NCBI GenBank assembly: GCA_965221775.1
Contig: CBDCSU010000004.1
Coordinates: 96,001 to 160,000 of the forward strand
DNA length: 64,000 bases
DNA from: Candidatus Latescibacterota bacterium
GTDB lineage: Bacteria; Latescibacterota; UBA2968; UBA8231
Direction: 5' to 3'
Every line of letters starts with the position of its first letter. Within the stretch, counting starts at the first letter, position 1. The translations under genes and the position numbers were made by a program. The notes beneath the pieces are model-generated. The model was not told the origin of the DNA. It searched no databases and worked only from the letters and a program-made list of their open reading frames with translations. This document shows positions 27,460 through 36,744 of this stretch, piece by piece.

Positions 27460-27975
27460 ATGCTGGACTTGAATAGTCTTGGCAACGGCCTCCCGGCTAT
27501 CACACCAAGCTTCGGCATGGCCCTAGCGGAGGCCGGAAGCGTATGCCTGGAATCACAGAACCACGGGCAAGGTGTCCAACTTCGCGTCAGAGGATACAGT
27601 AACAGATGCTATCCTTTGACCTGGCCTCGAACTACTGAGCAGACCCGCAGATGCTGGAATGACCATGAGGATGCAACTGAACACGGCGCGATGGGTATCG
27701 CGGTTTTGCTGGCGCAGAAGGAGATCGGTTACACAGTGATTGAGCGTTCGCGGAAAGGTACTGGCTTTGACTACTGGATGGGGGACGTATCAGCTTTTCC
27801 TTTCCAAAGCAAGGCAAGGTTAGAAGTATCGGGAATCCGAGAAGGTAACGATCAGGAAGTGAGGGCAAGAGTACAGCAGAAGCTGAGACAGACAGACCGA
27901 TCTGACGGTGCCCTACCAGCTTTCGTAATCGTAGTCGAGTTCGGACAACCCCTTGCTGAGGTGCAAGAAAAATGA
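27460..27975 (+). CDS. Hypothetical protein, putative PD-(D/E)xK restriction-endonuclease fold
   Basis: ATEHGA...RSRKGTGFDYW...RLEVSGI...KLRQ...VIVVEF. Confidence 0.72.
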   Translation: MLDLNSLGNGLPAITPSFGMALAEAGSVCLESQNHGQGVQLRVRGYSNRCYPLTWPRTTEQTRRCWNDHEDATEHGAMGIAVLLAQKEIGYTVIERSRKGTGFDYWMGDVSAFPFQSKARLEVSGIREGNDQEVRARVQQKLRQTDRSDGALPAFVIVVEFGQPLAEVQEK

Positions 27976-28403
27976 GCGTAAACGACTCTCACAGTAAGGC
28001 CATGGACTTCGCCGAACGTGCCTTTGTTGCGCGCATACATGGTAAGCGAGAACAGGCTCACCAGTTGTCTGTTCAAGCATTGAAGTACGAACTTGCGGCG
28101 ATCGCCAAATTGGAAGCAGAGGGACGAATCGAACCAACCTACTCGGTACTGCACCGCAGTGCTGCGACGCTTGCATTGGACTGCAACCAGCCAGAAAAAG
28201 CTAAGGAAATCGCGACCCGAGCTCTCAACCAAGATCCACATCCGGAGATCGCCGTAGAGCTACATGAGCTTCTACTTCGTCTATCCTTGCCCTTGCTCTC
28301 ATCGCCGCAATTAAAGAGAAGATCTTGGGAACGAGGGATTCTCGCTATAGAAACAGACTCAGCACCGGACGAGGTGAAACTGACTTGTAGGATGGTAGCC
28401 TAA
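27972..28403 (+). CDS. Hypothetical TPR-like helical protein
   Basis: HSKAMDFAE...EPTYSVLHRSAATLALDC...PEIAVELHELL; ATGA overlap with the upstream gene. Confidence 0.72.
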   Translation: MSVNDSHSKAMDFAERAFVARIHGKREQAHQLSVQALKYELAAIAKLEAEGRIEPTYSVLHRSAATLALDCNQPEKAKEIATRALNQDPHPEIAVELHELLLRLSLPLLSSPQLKRRSWERGILAIETDSAPDEVKLTCRMVA

Positions 28404-29185
28404 TGTATCTCACCGCACAGCGGGTTGTACGAATAAAGGATGAGACAACCGAGGTGGGCATCAATGTCTTCTTGTATCAACACCGCGAGTACAACCTCCC
28501 GCCAAATGTGCAACTTCCTACCGAAGGGATCATTGACTGGATCATCGATGAATCTCCGGGAACACTCATTGCAGAATCTGTGGACTTGGTTCCGATTGGC
28601 AATCAAGTCCTCAGCTTTGTCGATATTGTTGGAAGGGAAACTATTGGAAAGGAGTTTATCCAGAACTTTCTCGATCAGGTAGAAGGCGATATTGCAGAGA
28701 GACATGCACCCGTTGCAAGAATCACTCCAGCACGCGATTTCGCCGTTAGATTCAAGTTCATTGATGAATTGCAGGGGAATGAGGTGAGAGAGTATAAGGC
28801 CCTTATGGAGCGAGCCATGGATCTGTTCGAGTCTCGTAGCCCTCCCAAGTGGCGTTCTGAAGAGCCTTGGATAGAGATCATCCGTACTATTACTGATGAG
28901 AAGTCAGTCTTCAGGGTATCACCGGCAACTGCGAGGAAACTCCAACAGATTCATGGCAAAACCTGGTCTGTGAAGAGAATCTCAGTAGATCATCAGACAG
29001 AGAACCTTGTTAAGGCCATGTATGGCGATCTGATACGGCACATTGTCCCAACTTTGACCAACTTAACTCTCGAACAGATTGAGGCACAAGGCGGATTGAT
29101 TCTCTGCGACTCGTCGGACAATAGAAAGATCAAGTGGCCCCGGACCAAGGGAACTATAGGCCAAGCGGCCTCACGCATCCCATGA
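28403..29185 (+). CDS. Hypothetical protein (260 aa), low GC
   Basis: TAATG overlap with the upstream stop; long open frame in AT-richer DNA; no motif recognised. Confidence 0.72.
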   Translation: MYLTAQRVVRIKDETTEVGINVFLYQHREYNLPPNVQLPTEGIIDWIIDESPGTLIAESVDLVPIGNQVLSFVDIVGRETIGKEFIQNFLDQVEGDIAERHAPVARITPARDFAVRFKFIDELQGNEVREYKALMERAMDLFESRSPPKWRSEEPWIEIIRTITDEKSVFRVSPATARKLQQIHGKTWSVKRISVDHQTENLVKAMYGDLIRHIVPTLTNLTLEQIEAQGGLILCDSSDNRKIKWPRTKGTIGQAASRIP

Positions 29186-29256
29186 CCCAAATCGACCCCC
29201 AAGACACCAAAAGAGCTTCGACCGCCTGTTGGACATTCTAGTGAGCAGGTTCCCCC

Positions 29257-30114
29257 TCACCCCTTCAGCGCCCCCACCGTAATCCCCTTCGTCAGATACT
29301 GCTGCAAAAAGGCGTAGACCAGCATGGTCGGCGCCATGATCAGCACCAAGCCCGCGAAAGCCATGCCCCAGTCGCTGCGGTACTGGCTGACGATGGTGAT
29401 GTTGGCCAGGCCCAGGGGCAGGGTGCGCAGCTCCTGGGATCCCTCTCCCGAGAGGAACATGAAGGCCATGAAGAACTCGTTCCACGTGCCCAGGAAGGAG
29501 AAGATGCCCACCGTGATCAGGCCGGGGCGGGCCAGGGGCAGCATGATCGACCAGAAGGCGCGGAACTCGCCGGCGCCGTCCATCAGCGCCGACTCGTGCA
29601 GGCTCGAGGGCAGGGACTTGAAGAAGCCGGTGAGGATGAAGATGGCGAAGGGCATGCCGAAGGCGACGTAGACGATGAGGAGGCCGAGGCGCGAGTTGAG
29701 CAGGCCGAAGTCCTTCATCTGGAAGAACAGGGGCACGATCGACAGCTGCAGGGGAATCATGAGTCCGGCGAGGAAGTAGAAGAACAGGGGGCGCACGCCG
29801 GGGAAGGTGAAGCGCGCCAGGGCGTAGGCGGCCATCGCCGCCAGCAGCATCGACGCCGCCACCGTGGTCACCGTGAGCAGGACGCTGTTGAAGAAGTAGT
29901 CGCCGAAGAATCCCTTGGTCCAGGCGTTGGTGAAGTTGACCCACTGCAGGTCGCCGAGCTCGGGCAGGCTGAAGGGGTCGAGGAAGATCTCGCGGTCCGT
30001 CTTCAGCGACGTGTAGAGCAGCCACAGCATGGGATAGACGACGATCGCCAGGTAGCTGAAGAGGGCCGAGTAGAGGAAGGGCTTGATCAGGGCGTTGGTG
30101 CGCCGTTCGGCCAT
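29257..30114 (-). CDS. Carbohydrate ABC transporter permease (MalG-like)
   Basis: ESALMDGA EAA loop, WNEF, TLPLGL, six TM segments. Confidence 0.93.
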   Translation of the reverse strand: MAERRTNALIKPFLYSALFSYLAIVVYPMLWLLYTSLKTDREIFLDPFSLPELGDLQWVNFTNAWTKGFFGDYFFNSVLLTVTTVAASMLLAAMAAYALARFTFPGVRPLFFYFLAGLMIPLQLSIVPLFFQMKDFGLLNSRLGLLIVYVAFGMPFAIFILTGFFKSLPSSLHESALMDGAGEFRAFWSIMLPLARPGLITVGIFSFLGTWNEFFMAFMFLSGEGSQELRTLPLGLANITIVSQYRSDWGMAFAGLVLIMAPTMLVYAFLQQYLTKGITVGALKG

Positions 30115-30117
30115 CGC

Positions 30118-32412
30118 TCAGAACTCCACGGCTTCGCGCTTCATGGCGCGCAGGGTGGCGGTGGTGCCGAAGAACACGATCAGGAAGAGGAGAACGGCGA
30201 TCGCCGTCGCCTCTCCCACCTTGAACTCGGTGAACATGGCCTGCACCATCCTCGTGCCGATGACGTGGTTGTCGGTGGTGGGCCGCTGGTTGGTGAGCAG
30301 CCAGATCACCTCGAAGGCCTTCATGCCGCCGATGATCATGAAGACGATGGAGATCGACAGCACTTCCCAGATGAGGGGAATGGTGATCGACCGGAACTGG
30401 CGCCAGGCGGAGGCGCCGTCGATGTCGGCGGCCTCGTACATGGTCTGGGGGATGCTCTCCATGGCCGCCAGGAAGAGGATCATGTTGAAGCCGGCGGCGC
30501 CCCAGATCGACATGGGGATGAGCGCCCAGTAGAGGTTGTCCTGGGCGAGCCAGGCGAAGCCGGCGAACTGGTCGAAGCCGATGGCGGTGAGGACCGTGTT
30601 CACCGGGCCGCCCTGGGGGTTGTAGAGGTGCATCCACAACAGGGTGGCAGCCACCCCGCCGAGGATGTTGGGGAAGAAGAAGGCGATGCGGAAGAGCTTG
30701 GCCCCCACCACGCCGCGGCTGATGCAGACCGCCAGGAACAGCGACAGGGGCAGCACGCACGCGGGGATGACGAACATGATGAAGAGGTTGTTCGACAGGG
30801 CGACCCAGAACTCGTCGCTCTCGAAGAGCAGGCGGTGGAAGTGGAGCAGCCCCACGAAGGACATCTCGGTGAGTCCGTCCCAGCGCATGGTGCTCCACAC
30901 GAAGGACTTGACACTCGGGACGATGACGAAGAGGGAGTAGAACACCGCCGCCGGCCCCACGAAGAAGGCAACGGCGCGCCAGCCCATGCGCACCGTGCTG
31001 TTGGGCTTCGGCGCCTCGCCGCCGCGCTTCGCCCGCCACTGGCGGACCGTGGTGTAGAGCCAGAAGCCCATGGCCAGCCCCAGCAACCCGATCAGCAGCG
31101 CCGGCTTCCACAGGTGGCGCACGGTGACGTCGTCGGGGTGGGTGGCGCGGTTGCGCACGGCCACCGCCGCCGACTCCAGCTCCCGGGCTCCCTCCTGGGG
31201 GGTGATCTCGCCGTTGACGATCTTGAAGCGCGTGTCGTTGAGGAACTGGTCCATCTCCGGGAAGCCCTCGCCGGGGGCGGTGCCGTAGGTCGTGGTCGCC
31301 CGCCGGGCCATGTCCACCAGGTCCTGCAGGTCGGCGCTGGTGCGGCCCTCCATCGACCCCTCGACGGCGACCAGGATGTCGCGCATCTCGGCGAAGGTGC
31401 CGGCCTGCTCCCGGGAGGTCATGAAGCGCAGGAAGTCGACGCCCAGCTCCGGGCGGGCGCTGTCGCGGAAGACGAAGTAGTAGCCGGCGCCGGTGTACAC
31501 GGCGTTGGGGTCGCCCACGCCGCCCTCCACGGCGGGGAAGTTGAACGCCCCCAGGCGGAAGCCCTCGGGGATCTTGCCGAGCATCTCGCTCTTCAGCCAC
31601 GAGCCGCAGAACACCATCGCCGTGTGGCCGAGGAAGAACTCGAGCTGCGCCTCGGTGTGGCTCATGCCGAGGGCGCCGGGCTGGAAGTAGTTCACGGCGG
31701 TGCGCTGGATCAGCCCGAGGGCGGTGACGAACTCGGGGTTGTCGAAGCTGCCCGGCAGCAGGTCCTTCTGCTCGTAGTAGCGGTCGCGCCCGGCCAGGTG
31801 GTAGTAGGCGTTGTCGGTGACGCCGCCGATGTAGCCGGGGTACCGCCCCTGGAAGGCGAGGGGCGCGATCCCGGCCTGCTGGATCGTCTCGCAGAGGGCG
31901 AAGAACTCGTCCCACGTCCGCGGCGGGGTCCAGCCGCGCTCCTCGAACATCCCCTTGTTGTACCAGATAGCGTAGATCGAGTAGAGGAAGGGGATGCCGT
32001 AGGTCCTGCCCTCGTGCTGGTAACGCTCCAGGCTGCCGGGCAGGAAGGACTCGCGCCAGCTTCGGTCGCCCTCCCAGCTCGGCCCGTCGAGGTAGTCGTC
32101 GAGGGGCAGGATCTCGCCGTTGCGGATCAGGGCCCAGTAGTTGAGGCCGGCGTTGCTGACCTCGGGGAAGGTCCCCTCGAGGATGCGCACCCGCACCTTG
32201 TCGGCGATGCGCGGGTCGCCGTAGAGATCGACCTCGACGTCGGGGCGGACCTTCTCGTACTCGCGGGCGGCGTGGAAGAAGAAGCTCAGCCCCTCGCCGC
32301 CCTCGAAGACGGGCACCTCGATGCGGGTGCGCTCCTCGGCGCCGGCGGGGGCCAGCAGGGCGAGGGGGAGCAGCCCCCTCAGCATCCGTCGGTAGATGGC
32401 GCGCGCGGCCAC
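30118..32412 (-). CDS. Fused extracellular solute-binding protein + ABC permease (MalF-like)
   Basis: Signal-like N-terminus, SBP motifs (YGIPF, WYNKGMFEE, PRTWDEF), then TM domain with YEAADIDGA; start 32412 or 32385. Confidence 0.9.
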   Translation of the reverse strand: MAARAIYRRMLRGLLPLALLAPAGAEERTRIEVPVFEGGEGLSFFFHAAREYEKVRPDVEVDLYGDPRIADKVRVRILEGTFPEVSNAGLNYWALIRNGEILPLDDYLDGPSWEGDRSWRESFLPGSLERYQHEGRTYGIPFLYSIYAIWYNKGMFEERGWTPPRTWDEFFALCETIQQAGIAPLAFQGRYPGYIGGVTDNAYYHLAGRDRYYEQKDLLPGSFDNPEFVTALGLIQRTAVNYFQPGALGMSHTEAQLEFFLGHTAMVFCGSWLKSEMLGKIPEGFRLGAFNFPAVEGGVGDPNAVYTGAGYYFVFRDSARPELGVDFLRFMTSREQAGTFAEMRDILVAVEGSMEGRTSADLQDLVDMARRATTTYGTAPGEGFPEMDQFLNDTRFKIVNGEITPQEGARELESAAVAVRNRATHPDDVTVRHLWKPALLIGLLGLAMGFWLYTTVRQWRAKRGGEAPKPNSTVRMGWRAVAFFVGPAAVFYSLFVIVPSVKSFVWSTMRWDGLTEMSFVGLLHFHRLLFESDEFWVALSNNLFIMFVIPACVLPLSLFLAVCISRGVVGAKLFRIAFFFPNILGGVAATLLWMHLYNPQGGPVNTVLTAIGFDQFAGFAWLAQDNLYWALIPMSIWGAAGFNMILFLAAMESIPQTMYEAADIDGASAWRQFRSITIPLIWEVLSISIVFMIIGGMKAFEVIWLLTNQRPTTDNHVIGTRMVQAMFTEFKVGEATAIAVLLFLIVFFGTTATLRAMKREAVEF

Positions 32413-32415
32413 GGG

Positions 32416-32841
32416 TCAGGGCAGCTCCACGACCACGTAGTGCTCGTCCACGGAGACCGGGTAGGTCTCGACCACGTACGGCCCTTTTCGCGGACCGGCC
32501 ACCTCCTCTCCCGCCACCACCTCCACCTCGTAGCTGCGGGCGCGGGTGCGGCCCGGGTCCCACCAGGACTGGCCGGTGCGGATGTCGAACTCCCAGCCGT
32601 GCCAGGGGCAGCGCAGGATCTCGCCCTTTCGCGTGTACGTGTAGTCCCCCGGCCCCCGCGACTGCAGGAAGCCGGTGAGCCGGCCCTTGCACAGGGGGCC
32701 TCCCTGGTGGGCGCAGCGGTTGCGCAGGGCGAAGAACTCGCCCTCCAGGTTGAAGACGCCGATGGAGCGGCCCTCGACCTCCACCAGCTTGCGGCCCCCC
32801 GGGGGGATCTCCGCCACCGTGCCGACCACGTGGCGCGCCAT
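32416..32841 (-). CDS. Rieske [2Fe-2S] ferredoxin
   Basis: CAH...CPWHGWEFD. Confidence 0.93.
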   Translation of the reverse strand: MARHVVGTVAEIPPGGRKLVEVEGRSIGVFNLEGEFFALRNRCAHQGGPLCKGRLTGFLQSRGPGDYTYTRKGEILRCPWHGWEFDIRTGQSWWDPGRTRARSYEVEVVAGEEVAGPRKGPYVVETYPVSVDEHYVVVELP

Positions 32842-32844
32842 GCC

Positions 32845-33945
32845 TCAGTCCAGCCCGTAGAGACGGCGGGCGTTGCCGGACAGGATCGCCTTGCGCAGAT
32901 CCCGGTCGAGGCGCGCCGGCAGGGCCTGCGCCGGCGAGTCGAAGTCCCAGTGCGGGTAGTCGGTGGCGAACATGAGGCGGCCGTCCATGTCCATCCATTC
33001 CAGCATCTGCTCGAAGTAGGCCGGATCGGGCGGTTCTTCCATGGGCTGGGTGGTGACCCAGAAGTGCTCGCGCACGTACTCCGAGGGCGGCCGCCGCAGA
33101 TGGCCCAGCTCGGCGCCCATGCGCTTCCAGCAGTGGTCGAGGCGCCACATGAGCGGCGCCAGCCACCCGAAGCCGCCCTCGATGAGGACCACCTTCAGGG
33201 TGGGGAAGCGCTCGAAGACGCCCTCGTACACGAGGCTGGCCACCTGGGGCTGGAAGGACTGGGGCATGCCGCCGTGGTCCTCCACGTAGTGGGAGGGCCA
33301 GCCGGCGCCGGTGATCGGCCCGCCCCCGGCGCCGCCGAAGTGGATGGCCACCGGCAGATCGTGGCGCGCGGCGGCCTCGTACATCTTCCAGTACTTGCGG
33401 TGGCCCAGGGGCTCGCGGGTGCGCACCAGCACCAGCAGCTGCAGGAAGCCGGGGTGGCCGCCCACGCGCTCGACCTCGGCCGCCGCCAGATCGCCGTCCT
33501 CGTAGGGCACCACGATGGAACCGCGCAGCCGCGGCTCCTTGTCGATCCACTCGGCCAGCTGCCAGTCGTTCATCGCCCGGGCGAGGGCGGCGCCGTACTC
33601 CAGGTTGACGTCCCCCCCGGCGCGGATGAGGGGGGTCAGGATGCCGTAGTCCATCTCCCACTCGTCGAGCAGCTGCATCCGCAGGAAGTCCAGGTCCGAG
33701 CCCGGCGGGCCTCCGGAGGGCGGCCAGGCGTCGTGTCGCGCCGCGTTCGGCGCGATCCGCGGGTACGCCGAGCCGACGTGGCCGCGCATGCCGATGGTGC
33801 GGTGGTGCTCGCGCCACTCCGGGGGCAGGAAGCGCTCCGTCGTTCCGTCCTCGGGCATGTACACGTGGATGTCGGTGTCGATGACGGCCAGCTTCCGCGG
33901 CCGCTCGGCCGCGGCGGACGTTGGTTCGACGAGCGTGGTGGTCAT
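32845..33945 (-). CDS. Amidohydrolase_2-fold protein (candidate dinuclear oxygenase subunit)
   Basis: IDTDIH, VAIHFGG, LIEGG, ATDYPHWD; AAGGAGG RBS before ATG 33945. Confidence 0.9.
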   Translation of the reverse strand: MTTTLVEPTSAAAERPRKLAVIDTDIHVYMPEDGTTERFLPPEWREHHRTIGMRGHVGSAYPRIAPNAARHDAWPPSGGPPGSDLDFLRMQLLDEWEMDYGILTPLIRAGGDVNLEYGAALARAMNDWQLAEWIDKEPRLRGSIVVPYEDGDLAAAEVERVGGHPGFLQLLVLVRTREPLGHRKYWKMYEAAARHDLPVAIHFGGAGGGPITGAGWPSHYVEDHGGMPQSFQPQVASLVYEGVFERFPTLKVVLIEGGFGWLAPLMWRLDHCWKRMGAELGHLRRPPSEYVREHFWVTTQPMEEPPDPAYFEQMLEWMDMDGRLMFATDYPHWDFDSPAQALPARLDRDLRKAILSGNARRLYGLD

Positions 33946-33959
33946 CCTCAATTCCTCCT

Positions 33960-35027
33960 TCACAGCCGGTAGAAGGCGCGGGCGTTCTCCGACCAGATCC
34001 TCCCCGTCAGGGCCTCGTCCAGGCGCACCGGCCAGGCCTCTTCGGGCGAATCGAACCACCCGTGGGGGTAGTCGGTGGCGAACATCAGCATCTCGTCCGA
34101 GTCCATCTGCCCGATGATCTGCCCCAGCGGCTCCGGGTCCGCGGGCGCGTCCCAGGGCTGCACGGTGAGGCGGATGTGCTCGCGCATGTACTCCGAGGGC
34201 GGGCGCCTCACCCACGGCGTGTCGCTGCGCAGCCCCTTCCACTCCTTGTCGAGGCGCCACATGAGCGACGGCATCCACGTGAAGCCGCTCTCCACGAGGG
34301 CGACGCGCAGCTCCGGGAAGCGGTCGAAGGCGCCGTCCATGATCAGGCTGTTCACCTGCGACTGGAAGAGGGCGGCCATGCCCGCGTACTCCTCGACGAA
34401 GCTCGTGGGCCACCCCGAAGGCGTCGAGGGGTGACCGGGGGCGCCGCCGTAGTGGACGGCCACCGCCAGGCCGTGGCGTACCGCCGCCGCGTAGATGGGG
34501 TCGTATCGCCGGTTTCCGTAGGGGACCAGGGAGCGCACCGGCAGGATCACCTGCACGAACCCGGGGACGCCGCCGACGCGGTCGATCTCGGCGGCGGCCA
34601 GCACCGGGTCCTGGGACGGCACCACCACCGAGGCGCGCAGCCTCGGCTCGGGTTCCAGCCACTCCTCGATCTGCCAGGTGTTGACCGCCGCTGCCAGGGC
34701 CGCCCCGAGGTCGGCGTTGTGAACCGAGGAGGCCTGGTAGTTGCAGGTCAGGATCCCGTGCTCCAGCTCCCAGGCGTCGAGGACGTGGCCGCGGACCTGC
34801 GCCAGGGTGGACCCCGGGGCCCCGCCTCCCTCGCCCCGGAAGTCGGACCGCGCCGTCAGCGGCAACCCCGGCGGATAGTCGGAAGCGTCGGGCCCGCGAA
34901 AGCCCGAGTGGGAGGTGTAGTCGACCCAGTGGTCGGGCAGGTGCGCCTGCAGGTTCTCGAGGGCGGGCTCGTTGTGGATGTCGCAGTCGATGAGGGGGCG
35001 GCCCCCGCGGTCGCCGAGGGTCCGCAT
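33960..35027 (-). CDS. Amidohydrolase_2-fold protein (paralog)
   Basis: IDCDIH, VAVHYGG, LVESG, ATDYPHGW. Confidence 0.9.
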   Translation of the reverse strand: MRTLGDRGGRPLIDCDIHNEPALENLQAHLPDHWVDYTSHSGFRGPDASDYPPGLPLTARSDFRGEGGGAPGSTLAQVRGHVLDAWELEHGILTCNYQASSVHNADLGAALAAAVNTWQIEEWLEPEPRLRASVVVPSQDPVLAAAEIDRVGGVPGFVQVILPVRSLVPYGNRRYDPIYAAAVRHGLAVAVHYGGAPGHPSTPSGWPTSFVEEYAGMAALFQSQVNSLIMDGAFDRFPELRVALVESGFTWMPSLMWRLDKEWKGLRSDTPWVRRPPSEYMREHIRLTVQPWDAPADPEPLGQIIGQMDSDEMLMFATDYPHGWFDSPEEAWPVRLDEALTGRIWSENARAFYRL

Positions 35028-35028
35028 C

Positions 35029-35781
35029 TCAGAAGCGCTCCAGCAGCAGGCCGGTGATGGCGTTGGGCCGCTGGTAGTAGCGGCGGACCGCCTCGTCGCC
35101 GTGCTCCCACAGCCGCCGCGGGAAGATGGTGTAGTTGCTGACGGGCGGCGCCGAGCGGCGGCCGCAGTAGACGTGGATGGTGCGCCGCTCCACCGGGCTG
35201 CGGCGGACGTTGCCGGCGTGGAACATGCCGGCGTTGAAGAGGATCGCCGTGCCCTTCTCCCCCTCGACGTGGTGGGCCGTGTCCAGGTCGTAGTGCTCCA
35301 GTGGCGGTAGCTCCTCGCCCTGGGCCGAGCCGGGGATGAGGCTGAAGGTGTGGGTGGTGGCGTCCACGTCGCTCAGGTAGTAGGCGACGGAGAGGTAGTG
35401 GGTGGAGAAGGGAGGCCGCGGTCCGAGATGGGGCCAGCCGCCGCCGTCGCGGTGCCAGTTGCAGTAGGGTTCGCCGTCGTGGGGCCGGCGGATGCGCACC
35501 GAGTGCTCCTCGGCGCACAGCTCGGGTCCGAGGATCGCCTCCAGCAGCGGCAGCAGGGACGGGGGCCGCATGGTGACGTCCATCTCCTCGTGGGCCAGCA
35601 GCATGTGCACGTTGAGGGTGACGTGGCCCTCCTCGCGCTCGATCCAGAACGGCGTGCCGGCAGCCAGGTCGCGGTCGATGGCGTCGTTGGCCGCTTCCAC
35701 CTGGCCGGAGTCCAGTGCGCCGGGCACCACGAGGTATCCCGTGCGGCGGTAGTCTTCGAGCTGTTCGTCGAGAGTGGTCAT
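35029..35781 (-). CDS. Phytanoyl-CoA dioxygenase (PhyH) family protein
   Basis: YRRTGYLVV, WHRD, IPGS, MFHAG, RR. Confidence 0.88.
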   Translation of the reverse strand: MTTLDEQLEDYRRTGYLVVPGALDSGQVEAANDAIDRDLAAGTPFWIEREEGHVTLNVHMLLAHEEMDVTMRPPSLLPLLEAILGPELCAEEHSVRIRRPHDGEPYCNWHRDGGGWPHLGPRPPFSTHYLSVAYYLSDVDATTHTFSLIPGSAQGEELPPLEHYDLDTAHHVEGEKGTAILFNAGMFHAGNVRRSPVERRTIHVYCGRRSAPPVSNYTIFPRRLWEHGDEAVRRYYQRPNAITGLLLERF

Positions 35782-35840
35782 GGCCGCGGGGACGATAATC
35801 CCGGGGGGCCGCGGCCGTCCACAGGCGGCGCCGAGGGAGT

Positions 35841-36596
35841 TCAAGCGGTCCAGGGCTCCGGATCGGCGAAGAGGGTTCGAGCCTCCGGGCCCAGGCGGGC
35901 GGCCGCCTCCAGGCTCAGGGCGCTGGAGAACACCATGTGCGGGTCGTCGCGCCGGCAGAAGAAGCTGGTCAGGCTGTGGCGCGGCTCGCCGCTGTCGTTG
36001 CGGGTGGTGCCGTGCCACATGTGGCTGTTGATGACGATCACGGTGCCGGCCTCGCCGGGCACCAGCCTCTCCTCCGGGTGGGGGGCGGCTGGATCGTCCA
36101 GGACGTCGGGAGCCTGCTCTCGAAGATGGGTGCCGGGAATCACCCGCGTGGCGCCGTTGGCCTCGGTGAAATCGGAGAGCATCCAGATCGAGTTGGCGAC
36201 CGCGCAGCGCCCGGGCCGCGGCGGCGGGCCGTTGTAATCGACGTGGAGCTTCTGCTGCTCGGCCCCGGGGGGATGAGGACGGCCGTGGACGCCGAAGGAC
36301 TTGACGTGTCCGTCGAGGAGGTGGCAGACGGCGGCCAGCACCCGGGGGTGGGTGAAGCAGATGTCGAAGCCGGCGGCCTTGTTCTGCATGTAGCTGGACT
36401 CGGCGGGGCCGTCCGGGCAGCCCGTGCCTTCGCCGGCGTAGACCGCCTCCGCCGCGGCGATGAGCCCCGCGATCTGTTGAGCGTTCAGGATGCCGGGCAG
36501 CGGCAGGTACCCCTCCCGGTCGAGGTGCGCCTTCTCGTCCTCGGAGAGGGTGTCCGGCCGGACGCCCAGAGCCTCCAGGGCTTCGGGGAGCGTCAC
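35841..36596 (-). CDS. PhyH family dioxygenase
   Basis: LDREGYL, LHVD, DFTEANGATRVIPGTH, MWHG; GTG start inferred. Confidence 0.88.
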   Translation of the reverse strand: MTLPEALEALGVRPDTLSEDEKAHLDREGYLPLPGILNAQQIAGLIAAAEAVYAGEGTGCPDGPAESSYMQNKAAGFDICFTHPRVLAAVCHLLDGHVKSFGVHGRPHPPGAEQQKLHVDYNGPPPRPGRCAVANSIWMLSDFTEANGATRVIPGTHLREQAPDVLDDPAAPHPEERLVPGEAGTVIVINSHMWHGTTRNDSGEPRHSLTSFFCRRDDPHMVFSSALSLEAAARLGPEARTLFADPEPWTA

Positions 36597-36744
36597 CGGC
36601 CTGCGGTCCCGTCTTCGGCCGGGTCCTCGCTGCCATAGCCGGGCGCCTCCGGCGCCCGGGGCCGGGTGACGCGTCCTCCGCGGCTGGCCCGCGGCCCTCG
36701 GCGTGATCCAGGTGCGCCCGGCCCATCCACGGCTTCGGGCACGG

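Larger units (their letters stand above)
6240..29200 (+). other. Defence island: helicase/DUF1156 MTase/DUF499 backbone with interleaved cargo genes
   Basis: All genes are co-oriented, many with overlapping stop/start codons. GC content is mosaic and nucleases/ATPases are enriched. No integrase or att site seen. Confidence 0.85.

Noticed and set aside
6235-29256. Island as an integrative mobile element with att sites
   Set aside because: No integrase, transposase or tRNA; only a 6-bp CCTGTT match near the two ends, expected by chance
29171-33972. Very long ORFs 29171..33817 (-) and 29596..33972 (+)
   Set aside because: Off-frame or antisense products of high-GC3 genes; the real genes with clear motifs occupy other frames
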